Assembly: GCF_041146345.1 (NCBI RefSeq)
Contig: NW_027191402.1
Coordinates: 558,001 to 622,000, forward strand
DNA from: Neodothiora populina
Taxonomy: Eukaryota
Length of the DNA: 64,000 nucleotides
Direction: 5' to 3'
Under the pieces are notes generated by a model that was given only the letters and a program-made list of their open reading frames with translations, was not told where the DNA came from and ran no database searches. This document shows, piece after piece, positions 34,623 to 46,383 of this stretch. The translations under genes were made by a program, and so were the position numbers. Position 1 is the stretch's first letter; the number at the start of each line of letters is the position of its first letter.

Positions 34623-36965
34623 TCAGGCCGTGAGTTTCATCTTCATGTCATAAGCGAGGCCCTCCTTCGCGGACCACTCCGCCATCAACGAATACGCGAA
34701 ACGCACAGCCTCGAGAGGCGGCGTGTGGATCCCTATGTTGACCGAGAACCTTCCCTTGTAATGACCTGGTTTGACGGGCGGGTCTGCGTCTTTCGCAGAA
34801 GAGGTTAGAGCCCGCTGCCAGGTCTTGGGGTAGTCGCTTTCTAGCACGCTAAGGGGCAGTTTGGCCAGGGCTTCGTCGACGGCCTTGAAGGCTGCTAGAG
34901 TGCTGTCGTGGAGGTTCTTGGGGTCCGGGCGCGCTTGGGGATTGGTCAGGCGACGCATGATGATGCCGTTGTAGACGGCGCCGAGATAGCATGTCAGAGC
35001 GGACAGGTGAGGATACGGTTGGCATCGCGCCTTGACTTGGCGCCAGAAGCCGTGGCATGAGATCCAGTTCTGTACGTCTGACAGCTGCGGGGGGCTGCGC
35101 GCCGCGTAGGCTTTGTCGTTGCAGAAGAAGGCAAGAACAAATGCGAGGAAACTCTCCATGGATGAAAGAGCGCCGATCTCGGCTCGCTGGGTGGATCGCG
35201 CCGAGGCTTGAGGTCCTGAAGTCGAGTCTGGCGCCGCGTGTTTGAGCTCTTTTGCCAGTTGGCTCAGACGAGTGTATTCGGCTTGCCACGCGTGGGCTTC
35301 AGGCGTCTTAGCCGAGGAAGACGAAGGGGGGCGAAGGCTAGAATGGTTTTGTGAACCCGGGCCAATCGTCCCTGTTGTCGAGGCCGGTGTGCGATCCAGA
35401 CCACCGGATGGAGTGCTGATGCGATGCAGACTGTCGCTTGACTCGACGCGCTTCATGGCGAGAGAGGTTCGCAAGTCCTTGCGGTTAGTCGGCGTCGCTT
35501 GTTGCGATCGAGCTGCGCCATCTAGCAGGGCAGGCGAGCGGAACTCGGGTGGCAAAGGCGTCTTCTGATCCTTCTCAAGTCTGAGTGCTGGTGGGATTTT
35601 CTTTCTCTTCGTGTCTGGTTGCGAAAGACTGTCGTCCGGATCACGCGGGCGCTTGTTCGCCGACTTTGGTGTAGATGTGGGTGGCTGTAATCTGTCTGGA
35701 GGAGGTTTGGGCGCGTTTCCGACCTTCCTTGCTAGCCCCTTTGCGGGATCAACTTCAGACTCATCCTCACGACTACTAGGTTCGCGCTTGACCTTGCCCT
35801 GTTCCGCATTCGATGCTGGGGGGGATGGCTGGGGTTGCCTGGATGGTTCGGGTTTCCGATCCTTGGATGCGCGACCACTGAACTGTACAAGGCGACGAAA
35901 GCTCGCCCGGTGTCTCTTTGGGATCTTCAGAACAAGCAGAAGGCTGCGATTGTGCTGCCGATGGCCATTCGAGTTGACAGTGGTGGGGCTGTCGTTCATG
36001 TCCGCGCGAGGAGGGGAATGATTTGAATCCTGCCTAGAGGATCTCGTAGGGGCAACATTGTAGGTGCGTGCCACAGTCTGGCCAGAGGGACCAGAGTCTG
36101 CGCGCTTGTGCTGCTCTCTATCCAGAGCGGCCTCGACTTCTGGGGGCAAGGTAGGAGACAGGCGACCAGGGAGGTACAGCGAGTCTAGCGGGGAGAGCCT
36201 CCCCACCGGTAAGGCGGAAGCCTGCTTTGTGCGATCTGCGTGTCGAGAAGTGGACTGAACGGGCGACGTTTGTTTCCGCAGCGGTGGTGCGGAACGTAGA
36301 GAGTCGCGGGGTGGTGAGAGTCGCTGTCTCTTTGGTGGGCTCGGTGGAGCAGGGGAATGCTGCTTGCGCTTTGGCTCTCTCACCCCCGACATGGCGCCAT
36401 CATGATTGGTGGACATGGCAGGCTTCTTGTCTTGAACAGACTCGGGTTTTTGTGGCAGTCGATGCTGGTGGCTCGAGGGCAATGTGGTCGCAGGCTCTTG
36501 ATTGTTCGAGACTGGTGTGGGCCGCGATAGAGGGCCCCGGGCTTGCTTGTCCTTGTACGCAGCCAGGCTGATCTTCTTCTTGGGGCCTAGAGCAGGCGTA
36601 CTGGTTGCTGTCGCATTCGGGATTGGGGTCGAGATGGGAGTAGGGGTAGGATTGTAAGTGTTGTGGTTCGGATTAAAGTGAGAGTATCGCACGCGCTCGT
36701 ACAAGTCCGAGTAGGGCTCGCGGTAGAAGAAGGTTTGGTACTGAAGCTGGTAGTTCTCATTGCGATCAAACGGAGTGTCTGTCAACCAGGCGTCCGCCGA
36801 GAATCGGGAGTAATGGTGGTACCTGGGCTCGTCCTGGGGGATAGTGGTAATGTATGGCTCATCGGAGATGTGAGTGCGTAATCGATCCACGACTTGATTC
36901 AATTGCTTGAGTAGTTGCTGCTGCTCTTCGGCCTTGGCGACAAGTGAGGAGGAAGGAGCGGACAT
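34623..36965 (-). CDS. Pro/Ser/Arg-rich protein with a helical C-terminal domain, resembling ELL-binding protein Ebp1 / the AF4-FMR2 C-terminal homology domain
   Basis: Single 780-aa ORF with QLQYQTF and KKKISLAAYK, a long low-complexity middle, and a helical C-terminus (LAKELKH...MESFLAFVLAF...YPHLSALTCYLGAV). The family assignment is from recall; the ORF itself is solid. Confidence 0.65.
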   Translation of the reverse strand: MSAPSSSLVAKAEEQQQLLKQLNQVVDRLRTHISDEPYITTIPQDEPRYHHYSRFSADAWLTDTPFDRNENYQLQYQTFFYREPYSDLYERVRYSHFNPNHNTYNPTPTPISTPIPNATATSTPALGPKKKISLAAYKDKQARGPLSRPTPVSNNQEPATTLPSSHQHRLPQKPESVQDKKPAMSTNHDGAMSGVREPKRKQHSPAPPSPPKRQRLSPPRDSLRSAPPLRKQTSPVQSTSRHADRTKQASALPVGRLSPLDSLYLPGRLSPTLPPEVEAALDREQHKRADSGPSGQTVARTYNVAPTRSSRQDSNHSPPRADMNDSPTTVNSNGHRQHNRSLLLVLKIPKRHRASFRRLVQFSGRASKDRKPEPSRQPQPSPPASNAEQGKVKREPSSREDESEVDPAKGLARKVGNAPKPPPDRLQPPTSTPKSANKRPRDPDDSLSQPDTKRKKIPPALRLEKDQKTPLPPEFRSPALLDGAARSQQATPTNRKDLRTSLAMKRVESSDSLHRISTPSGGLDRTPASTTGTIGPGSQNHSSLRPPSSSSAKTPEAHAWQAEYTRLSQLAKELKHAAPDSTSGPQASARSTQRAEIGALSSMESFLAFVLAFFCNDKAYAARSPPQLSDVQNWISCHGFWRQVKARCQPYPHLSALTCYLGAVYNGIIMRRLTNPQARPDPKNLHDSTLAAFKAVDEALAKLPLSVLESDYPKTWQRALTSSAKDADPPVKPGHYKGRFSVNIGIHTPPLEAVRFAYSLMAEWSAKEGLAYDMKMKLTA

Positions 36966-37416
36966 GTCGAGTGAGGGTAGTCTTTCGGTGTCAATGACTC
37001 AGAGCGCTGACATAGCCAGAAGGCGCACAGTGGTGGTCGGGAGTGGTTGATGCCGGCTGGTATCGATAGGCGCGGATCAGAGATGGGATGCGGTAACATG
37101 AATAGAATGTGAATGCGACAATTCCAACTGTGTGTCCAGAATGGGATCGAATGCGCAATCGTCAAGTTTTGAGCATGCGCGCCTGGTGTGGTGATGGTGA
37201 CAGCAGGTGCAACGCGTGCGCGCGATAATAAAGTCCGGGTGTCGATCATGTGTTTCTCTGACATACAGTAAAGAAGGAAGTGCGAGGTGTGTCTAAGGCG
37301 GTGAATGTGAAGCCGGTGCGAGTAAAGTAGCTGGTATAAACGACGGGCGTTGGAAACGCACGAGGAAAGCAGGTCAACGGAGTGCAATGCCGTCCGCCGT
37401 ACCTGAATTGCCTAGA

Positions 37417-37420
<4 letters not shown>

Positions 37421-37468
<48 letters not shown>
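37421..37468. repeat. (GA)24 microsatellite
   Basis: Perfect dinucleotide run about 450 bp upstream of the ATG at 36965. Confidence 0.98.
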
Positions 37469-37471
<3 letters not shown>

Positions 37472-38965
37472 GCAGAGAGCGCGACCCTGAGGCTGAAAGT
37501 GAAACTCGGACCAGGCTAGAGCTAGTCCATGGAAGGGATGGATGAGTAGTACAATAGAAGTCAAGTGCACCTAAACCGCTCGAGGAGCTGGAGACGGGAT
37601 GCAACAGAGATGTGTCATGCGACAGATCTACAGTACATGTATAAAATGGGCCCAATAAGCCTCCCCATTCAGTACGTTTATTATTATCTTCAATTACCTA
37701 TACCTTACTCGCTGCCCTGCACTGCACTCTGTGATGCTCTCTGCCCGTCCCCGGAACGGCTGCCACTGCCGAAGCTCAAACTCTATTATGCGCCCCGCAC
37801 GTTCTCTTTCGGGTGGAAATATTCTTGTCTCTGTGACCCGCCTTTCTGTGCTATAGTAGATTCTCATATCAGATCATATACCTCAAGTTGGTCTGCATTT
37901 GTTTCTAAAACAAGCAATTGACTTGTTGTGGAAGACTGTCAATACTCGTCTTGTGTCTTTAAAATCCGTACCGGAAATTTACCATCCGCCTGTACACGTG
38001 CACTTCTCTGATAGTCATATGTGGGTAGTTGTTACTATGGGAATAACATCAGCGAAGATCAAATGCAAAATGCAAGAATGATGGCTCTGTCTATCGTATG
38101 CCTATGTCATCATGACTGTTGAACCCAATGACTCCGACACCGCGAGGTACGCATATGCGTCGTGTGCGTCGTGTGCACTTCAAGTTCAGAACGCAAGGTC
38201 ATAATATGTGCCCTGAAAGTGAGTCATGCGTTGAACGATTAACCATAGAGAGCAGTCGCAGTGTGTCGAAGACCCCTCCTTCTGTTAGAACATTACCCAC
38301 AGTAGTCAACATGATCAATCACTTTCTCTTCCAATGATCCTTTTCTTACATTGATCCATCCTTTGCAATAGAATATGAAGATCCATCAGCTCTCTTTGTG
38401 AACAATCATTTAACGCTCGAAACAATCAAACAATCTACGTTCTCACTACCTTATTCAATCATAGCAGTGACGCCTGCGGGGCTGCAGTGACAGCACCGAA
38501 CGGAAAATGGAAATTTCGCAGCGGAGCGAGTCAGCCCAAGTCTGGCTGTGCCTGACTGACTTGTCTCTCTCCATAAAATACAAGACAATTTCCAACAGAC
38601 ATACGCCCATCCTTGAAATCGATTGTGCAAGAGACATCTGTCAATTTCTCTACATCTCTCCAGAAGCTTCACCCTTGCTCTTTTCGAGCTATCTGAATCA
38701 CACTCCTTGGTCTTGATCTCAGTCTTTTTTCATTCTGCCTGGCTCACGTGCTGTATCGCTAATCCTGCTCCTGCTTGCTCCTGCTCACTGCGCCTGCTAT
38801 ATACAGCCGGCCACTGACTGCACTTACCTCCTGATTGAACCCAGGCTAAATACATGGAAGATTAGAATTACTGCCACTTTCAACCTGGAATCGGCTCCAT
38901 AGTTCACACTCCTCCAACCACCCTCCTCCTCTTCCTTCTCTCTCTCTCTCTTCCCCGACCAGAGG

Positions 38966-41900
38966 ATGGATGCTCAGGTCGAGAGCGCCATCCAGATCGC
39001 CTTCAACCCGCAGAGCGACCAGAACGTCAAGGCCCAGGCATACACATTCCTCAACCAAGTGCGCGAGGAGGCTTCGGGATGGCAGGTCTGTCTCTCTCTC
39101 TTCACCAGGTCTCCCGCCCCCGATGAGGTTGTGCGGCATGTCTGCCTCGAGATTGTCAACCACGCTGTGCAGACCAAGCGCCTGGATGAACAGAGTCTCG
39201 TCTACGTCAAGGATAGCTTGATGGCTTATCTGCAGCAATCATGCTCTCCCCAATCAACCTCGACAGACTCTGTCAACATTCAAAACAAAATCACCCAGAC
39301 CATCACCTACCTCTTCGCCGACCTCTATCCCTCGACCTGGTCCTCCTTCTTCGATGATTTCCGCACGCTGGCAGGCGACGTCTCGGACAACTCGACCTTC
39401 AATCCCCTTGGTACCATGCTTTACCTCAGGATACTCGGTTCCATCCACGACGAGATTGCGGACGTGCTCATACCCAGGACGCCTGAGGAACAGAAGCGCA
39501 ACGGCGAGCTGAAGGATCTTGTAAGAGCTAGGGACGCCGGCAAAATATCTGCTTCGTGGCAGCAACTGCTCTCGCGATGGCGCCAGATCGACCTGACCAT
39601 TGTCGAACTCACCCTGCGCTGCCTTGGTCGCTGGGTCAGCTGGATCGATATCTCGCTCGTCGTCAACGACACCATCCTGGCGAGTCTTCTAGACATGGCT
39701 GGTCAACCCGACATTCCGTCTTCTTCCAGCAAGCAAGGCAAGGTCCGTGATGCTGCCATCGACACCTTCACCGAGATTGTCGCCAAAAAGATGCCCACCG
39801 TGGACAAGATCAATCTCATTTCCTACCTCAACCTCGCCAATGTTGTTGGCCAACTCATAGCCACCCCGGCCTTGACCGAATACCGCTTCACTTCCAGCTA
39901 CGACAATGATCTGGGCGAGACAGTGGCGAAACTCGTCAACAATGTCGTGTACGATGTCGTCAAGGTGTTGCAGACGGAGAATCTCGACCAGCAGACATCC
40001 TCTCGCGCCGACGAATTACTCCGACTCTTCGTACCCTACCTGCTCCGCTTCTTCGCCGACGAATACGACGAGATATGCTCCGCCGTCATCCCCTGTCTGA
40101 CCGATCTCATCACCATGTTCCGCCAGTGCGTCAAGTCCCGCGGTTCGCTTCCCGCCGATTACGCCGCCATGTTGCAGCCCATCCTCGACAACATCATCAT
40201 CAAGATGAAGTTCGACGACACCGCCGAGTGGGGCGACGAGAACGAGCAGACTGACGAAGCCGAATTCCAAGAGCTGAGGAGAAGATTGCATATACTGCAG
40301 CAGGCAGTCGCCGCCGTCGACGAGAAACTTTACATGAACACCTTGAGCAGGGTTGTCGCCGATACATTCAGCAGGATCACATCTCCCGACAACAAGCCCA
40401 ACTGGAGGGATCTCGATCTGGCCCTCTACGAGATGTACCTGTTCGGCGACCTTGCCGTCAAGCACGGTGGTCTGTATCAGAAAGGTGTACCGTCCAACGC
40501 CGCTTCTCAACATCTGATCGAGATGATGCTGAAGTTGGTCCACTCCGGTATGTTCGCCCTTTCTCTCTCCTTTCTGCAATTTAAATGCTCACTCACATGC
40601 CACAGATCTTGCTTCGTATCCACACCCTGCCATTCAGCTACAGTACATGGAAATCTGCGTGCGTTATTGCTCCTTCTTCGAGCATCATCCCGAAACCATC
40701 CCGCAGGTACTCGAACACTTTGTACGCTTCATCCACAGCAACCATGTCAAGATCAAGACGCGCTCTTGGTACCTGTTCTATAGATTCGTCAAGCACCTCC
40801 GAAACCAGCTCGGAAATGTGACCCAGACGGTCATCCAGGCCGTTGCCGATCTGTTGACCATCAAGGCCGAGCTTCCCGAAGATAGTGGTCAAGACGACAT
40901 GTCTTCAGATGAGGCTGACCAGTCGGCCGATGCCATCTTCACAAGCCAGTTGTATTTGTTCGAAGCCATTGGCTGTGTCGCTTCGACCGCGTCGGTGCCG
41001 TTGGAAAACAGAATGCTATACGCGCGTATGCTCATCGCGCCATTGGTGTCGGACCTCGAGCAGCACATTCCCATAGCAAAAACAGGCGACGAGAGGGCAG
41101 TAGTACAGGTACACCACGTCATCATGGCTCTGGGCACCATCGCAAAGGGCTTTTGTGACTGGACACCAGGCAGCACTTCAGGCGGTCCGCCGCCGACCGA
41201 GCTGGCCGCCGAATTCGCTCCTGCTGCCGAAGCAGCTCTCGTCGCTCTCGAAGCCCTCAAGCATGATATCAACATCCGGGCTGGCGCGCGATTCGCCTTT
41301 TCTCGCATGCTTTACGTGCTTGGCGCAACCATTCTGCAAAAGCTGCCTCGATGGATTGACGGGCTCCTGTCGCAGAGCTCGACCAGAGACGAAATGGCCA
41401 CTTTCCTTCGGGTCCTGGATCAAGTCGTCTTCGGCTTCAAGTCCGAGATTTACGACATCCTTGACCAGCTTCTCAAACCCCTGCTCGAGAGAGTCTTTGC
41501 TGGCCTGTCTGAACCCACGACTGGCACGGACGACGAAATCCAGCTTAGCGAGCTGAAGCTGCAATATCTCAACTTTCTGCTCGTCATTCTCAACCACGAT
41601 CTTGCTGGTGTTCTGGTAAGCTCTGCGAACCAGACAATCTTCGAGACTGTCCTCACGACACTTGAGCACTTCGCCAGGGATGCAAGTGACTACCCTGCCG
41701 CGCGACTAGCGTTGAGTGTGCTCACTAAGATGGCTCTCGTGTGGGGTGGTCCAGATCTTACGATCCCCCCATCCCCGGCCAACCCCCAGGCGTCCGCGCC
41801 TACCGTGCCCGGCTTTGATGCCTTCATGATACAACGCTTCTCGCCCCTCTCCTGGTCCATTCTCTCCTCTCCCACTTTCAATTCCAAAGACGCTCAAGCG

Positions 41901-42110
41901 CGAAATGTGCTCGGCGAAGCCGCCACTCTACAATGGACGATTCTGCGCAAGACAGGCGCAGAGTACGAGCGATACCTTCGCGAAACGGAGATGCGGGGGA
42001 TGGGCTTTCCCGACAACGTCCTCGACGAATATTTGATGCATTTGCAAACTCAGGAAGTCAGGGAGTTCAAAAAGTTTTTCGTCAGCTTTGTGCAGCAAGC
42101 TCGGGGTTGA
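38966..42110 (+). CDS. LOS1: Exportin-T (tRNA nuclear export receptor)
   Basis: Starts MDAQVESAIQIAFNP...KAQAYTFLNQVR. Also YLRILGSIHDEIAD, LKDLVR, WVSWIDISLVVN, DEAEFQELRRRL. Intron 40548-40605 joins to HPAIQLQYMEICVRY; later SQLYLFEAIG. Confidence 0.95.
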
Positions 42111-43573
42111 AGATTTTGACATTTGAGTGGAAATTCCTGTTCTGTCATTCCGAAACAGGGAAGATGAAGACATTGACTGATCGGCCCCGCCGGCGACATT
42201 TTGACATTTCTGCTTTTGCGCGTTGCATTCGGTTCGAGCGTCCGTTGGCTTTCTTTTTGTCCACTTCTTTCTTACCTCACACAAGTATATATACATAGAG
42301 ACCTCAGAGGTGGGAAGGGATGGATTCGAAGGGCAATTCAACGGGTATGCGCCTCTTGCCTTACCGATGATTGTGGGAATGGGAAGACACTATAGCACAA
42401 CGCTATAAAGGGACGGCAAGAGAACGCATATCCCCCAAAAGAAAACCAAAGTACGAAAGGAAAAACGGTGGAAAATTTAGGAAAAAGAGAGACAGAAATA
42501 GAAGGAAAAGTGAAAGAGAGAAGAGAGAGCGGTATATACCCCCTTTATTTGGTTTATCGGCAAGGCATGTGTAGGGAAAAGGTAGAGAAGAATTTCAAAC
42601 GACCTGGAATCGAAAGCCATCCTTTCACTTTCGATGTCATAAGAGAGATGAAAGAAAGAAAATGAACGAAAAGGAAATATTCACATATCATGACTGTCCT
42701 TGTGCCTTGACCTCTTTGTTCCTCATCTACTGTTATTTCTACTGTGAAGGAGATATGATCCCTCGGCGTTCTCCTGAATTGGTATCTATATCACGAGGGT
42801 GAACGTGTCCTCGTGTCCGTCCTTTTTCTGCTTTTGTTCTATGTAGATAAACATTTTCTCTATTCTCTTCCTCTACATATCTGACGACAAGACGATTTGC
42901 ACACTAGGAGAACAGAAAAGAGCAGATCACCTGCCTCATGCTTTGAACGCGAGAATGCTGTTCGACACCAAGTCGATGGTCATTCATCCCTTACTGGTCT
43001 ATAGCTCTACTTGTTTAGATCACGCGAACTGGCTGGGTTGGGATTGGACTGGATAGACAGGATAGGCTGGGATAAGATAATACCGGACAGGGCAGGACAT
43101 GACAGAACGCTATTGCGCGATCTGAAAACGGCATTGATGATGCTTGAGTGCTGACGTCGAGTAAACCATTTCTTTGTTACCCTTCCATGCATGCACGCGT
43201 GTTTCACACCTCAATTCCCTGGTCACTCGGTGCCGCGCTGCGAACACTAGTACGCAGGATAGGACGGATACAGGACACTGTTAGATAGCATAAAAAAAGC
43301 GACAACAATTGGAGAGTCAAAATGAAGGGCTTGAGTATATGAAATAGACTATTTATTTCCTTGCAGAAACATGAAAACATGAGCGAGGTTAGGAGGGGTA
43401 TCAAATCTGGTAACAGTTCGTTTAACAAGAAAAAAAACGAAGGGTGAAAAATAGGTAGGGTCTGACGAACGAACGCGTCCTCTCTCCTGATGCTGCTCAA
43501 CAGCATACATCATAGTTTCCAATCTTTTCCCTGTTGCAATTTCGGATAGAAAAACAAAACATCGGAGAGCGAA

Positions 43574-46383
43574 TCACAGCACGTGAGAGGTACCGCCACT
43601 GCTAGTATACGAAAGCAGATCCAAGGCGCGATGGATGTCATTCTGGGCCTCAAAGACCAACTCGTCATTATCGCTTTTCGCTCCCGTTGGTTGCTGCTGA
43701 TGCTTGATGGGAGAAGGCGCTTCTTGCTTGAAGAGTGTGGGCTGCTGCTGCTGCGAGCTCCAGCTGCTCGAAGGGCTGTGAGCGGAGCCTGCAGTAGCAG
43801 CGGCAGAAAAAGAAGCGGACGAGGCGGACGAGTCAGAAGAGAAGAAAAGACCGCTTGACGAACGACGAGAGGGTGGAACAAAGCTCTTGCCAGCCATTGT
43901 TGGTGAGGAGGCATATACGCTGTCGTGATCCATGCTATGTACCTCTCTGCTGCGACGTCTGTCGTCGCCGCTGGTCCAGCTGGACGTGTCGGCGTCGTCG
44001 AATTGCCAGAATCCATTCGACGTCGAAGCTGGAGACGAGAAGAGCGATGGAGGTCGACTGGAAGACTGAACGCTGCTGGGTGGGGAGATCGCATCGTGAA
44101 GATCGTCGAAGGCCGAAACTCCAAGGGTTGGTGTCGGTGAGTCATCCGAGATGGAGGCGATGGCACTAGAGCTTAGTCTTAATGGCGCAGGGTATCTGGC
44201 AGGCTGCTGTGCTTGCATGGCCTGGTCTGGAGTATCATCCAGTGTATGCAGAGCACTCTGGGTAGGCTCTTGAAAAACTATACTGGACCCTAGTCGACCG
44301 AGGTAGCCGTCCATGGGTGATTCATTTGCCGGCCTAGACACAAAGGCACTCACGGGTCTGCCGCCTGTAGAGCTTCTTCTTGTCGGACTGGAACGCTTGG
44401 AGAAGCTACGCACGGACAGGCTCCTCGTTATTGGATTAGTGTTGATTCTCAACGCCGCAGGCCTCAAGGAAGCTTGAGACGGTGTCCGCTTTGGCACAAA
44501 ATCATCCCGTTCGCAGTCTGGCTGAATACCCAAGGAGAAGGCGCCATTGTCGGAAATGAAGTCGATCAGGCATGCTGATTGCCGTCTGGAACTTGGTGCT
44601 GGTGCGTCTTGGCTCTCGACCGAGCGACATTGAGGAGCGTCAGGTCCCCATGGCGGAGTGCCATGTGTGAGCACGCAGATATGATATGGCGTTGCGACTG
44701 GATCAGATACTTCTTCCGGTGCACGTGTAACACTGTGGAGCATCTGCAGCATGCAATAGATGACGATCCACCGCACTTTACGTGCATCAGCAATCGACAC
44801 TTTATCAACAGGCTTCGCTGACCATTCTCCTTCAAACGATATGTATTCTTGGACGAGCTTGCAATTGCGTATGTCGGCTGGAGCAGAATTGGTTGCCATG
44901 GCTATCGCCGTTCGTGCAGTCATGCCTTTTACGAATCCGGAAGCTTTACTCCCAAGCTTGAATGACCTCAGTCCTCGTTGAGAGTCCGTTCTGCCCGGCG
45001 ATCCTTGATGCTCCGGGAGCAGAGGTAGAGGGTTTGGTAGAGGCTCATATCCATGCCGATAGTTGAAGGCACTTATGTTCTGGCGTACACATATTCCACC
45101 ACTTGCAGGCCTGAATAGATCCTCGAGGCTATCCGAAGACTCTTGATCGACGAGCAGATCGTGCAAGCTCTGCAATTCGTTCTTCATCCTCTGAAGAAGC
45201 GGCTTACTAAAGACCGGACCTTGCTCAGGAGGCCAGAAGCCGAATCTACGAATATAAAACCGATTCAAGAAAGATCGGAAACGGTCGAGATGATCTTGAG
45301 CCCCCGAGGACAGACCGAAGTGGCTAGGTGAAAGCTCATCTTCGAGAAACACTTTCAGGGCACGAGTGACACGTCCGAGATGCAGATCCATCTCAAGGTA
45401 AGCTCTCGCTATCAAAGCCTTCGTCACTTGTGTTACTCGCTTTGTGTTCGCGTCAGCGTATTTCTTCTCCGATCTGAATGATAGTACTTACATCGAATCC
45501 AGGAGCGTCTGTCAAGTGGTCATTCATGCCGACGCAGTGAGTAAATGCATTGATCCACAGGTGGCGACATTGACAGTGCTCAGCTAGCCGAAGGAATGCA
45601 AGAGCGTATTCTGGGCAGCCAACCAAGTTCAGATAGCCTACACGCTTAGCGTACTGGAAGAGATCTTCCAAGTTATCTGCGTGCGGACGGAAGAGATGCA
45701 TGCGGTCCAATAGATCAATTAGCGAATCGCCCAGGTCCATTCCCACCAAAGGCCTGCTCATTATCCAAGCAAAGAAGTTTCGAGTCGCAAGGTGCCAACG
45801 GAAAGTACCCGAGCGTGGTTTGTCAACTGGTGCTGGAATGTATAGCTCCTTGGACGTCCGTTGATCTTGCTGCTGCCCAGAGTAGACGCCCATCATCCAC
45901 GAGCAACCAACAGCGACAATATCAGCAGAAGATAATTGAAACGAGGGTCCCCTCTTCGACCGTCCCTCAGTATACAAATGTACTGCGCAATCCCCGCTCT
46001 GGTATAATTCCTCGTCCTGCATCAAGGTCAGTATAGGGAGGCTGTGCTCGTAAATCTTATCGAGTACTTACACGCCGAAGACCATCCCACGGTGAGCAAG
46101 TTCGTCGCTGGGGATCCCATCGCTTCACGTCTCGATTTCTGGAAATCTCCGGAGTGCTCTCATTGAGGGCATGCATTCTATTTCTCATCTTCGGTTGCTG
46201 AGACCCTCGTAGGACTCTGGAGAAATTAGGCACTCCTGTGTGCACAGGTCGCACTCTAGCAGCAGAAGAGTGCAGCACGATTCCATGTTTGACTTGCTCA
46301 ATGGCCACAGATGTTCGATGATTTTCACCATAACAATCTTCAGCATATCGACCGCTGCGACGGCGAATGTCAACTTCCGACAT
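43574..46383 (-). CDS. Uncharacterised fungal protein (DUF8004-type family)
   Basis: Exons 46383-46072, 46016-45492 and 45439-43574 join in frame: RWD...WDGLRR/DEELYQSGDCAVHLY...WHLATRNFFAW...AFTHCVGM...HLDRFRSFL...DARKVRWIVIYCMLQML, with a Ser-rich tail. The DUF number is from recall. Confidence 0.75.

Noticed and set aside
38821..38830. ACTTACCT resembling the U1 snRNA 5' end
   Set aside because: No U1 stem-loops or Sm site follow, and it lies in the LOS1 upstream region.
4322..42110. Apparent cluster of RNA-processing genes (UTP23, NOP14, BRR2, G-patch, PPR-like, LOS1)
   Set aside because: They act in different pathways and compartments and are interleaved with unrelated genes, which fits an ordinary housekeeping-rich region.
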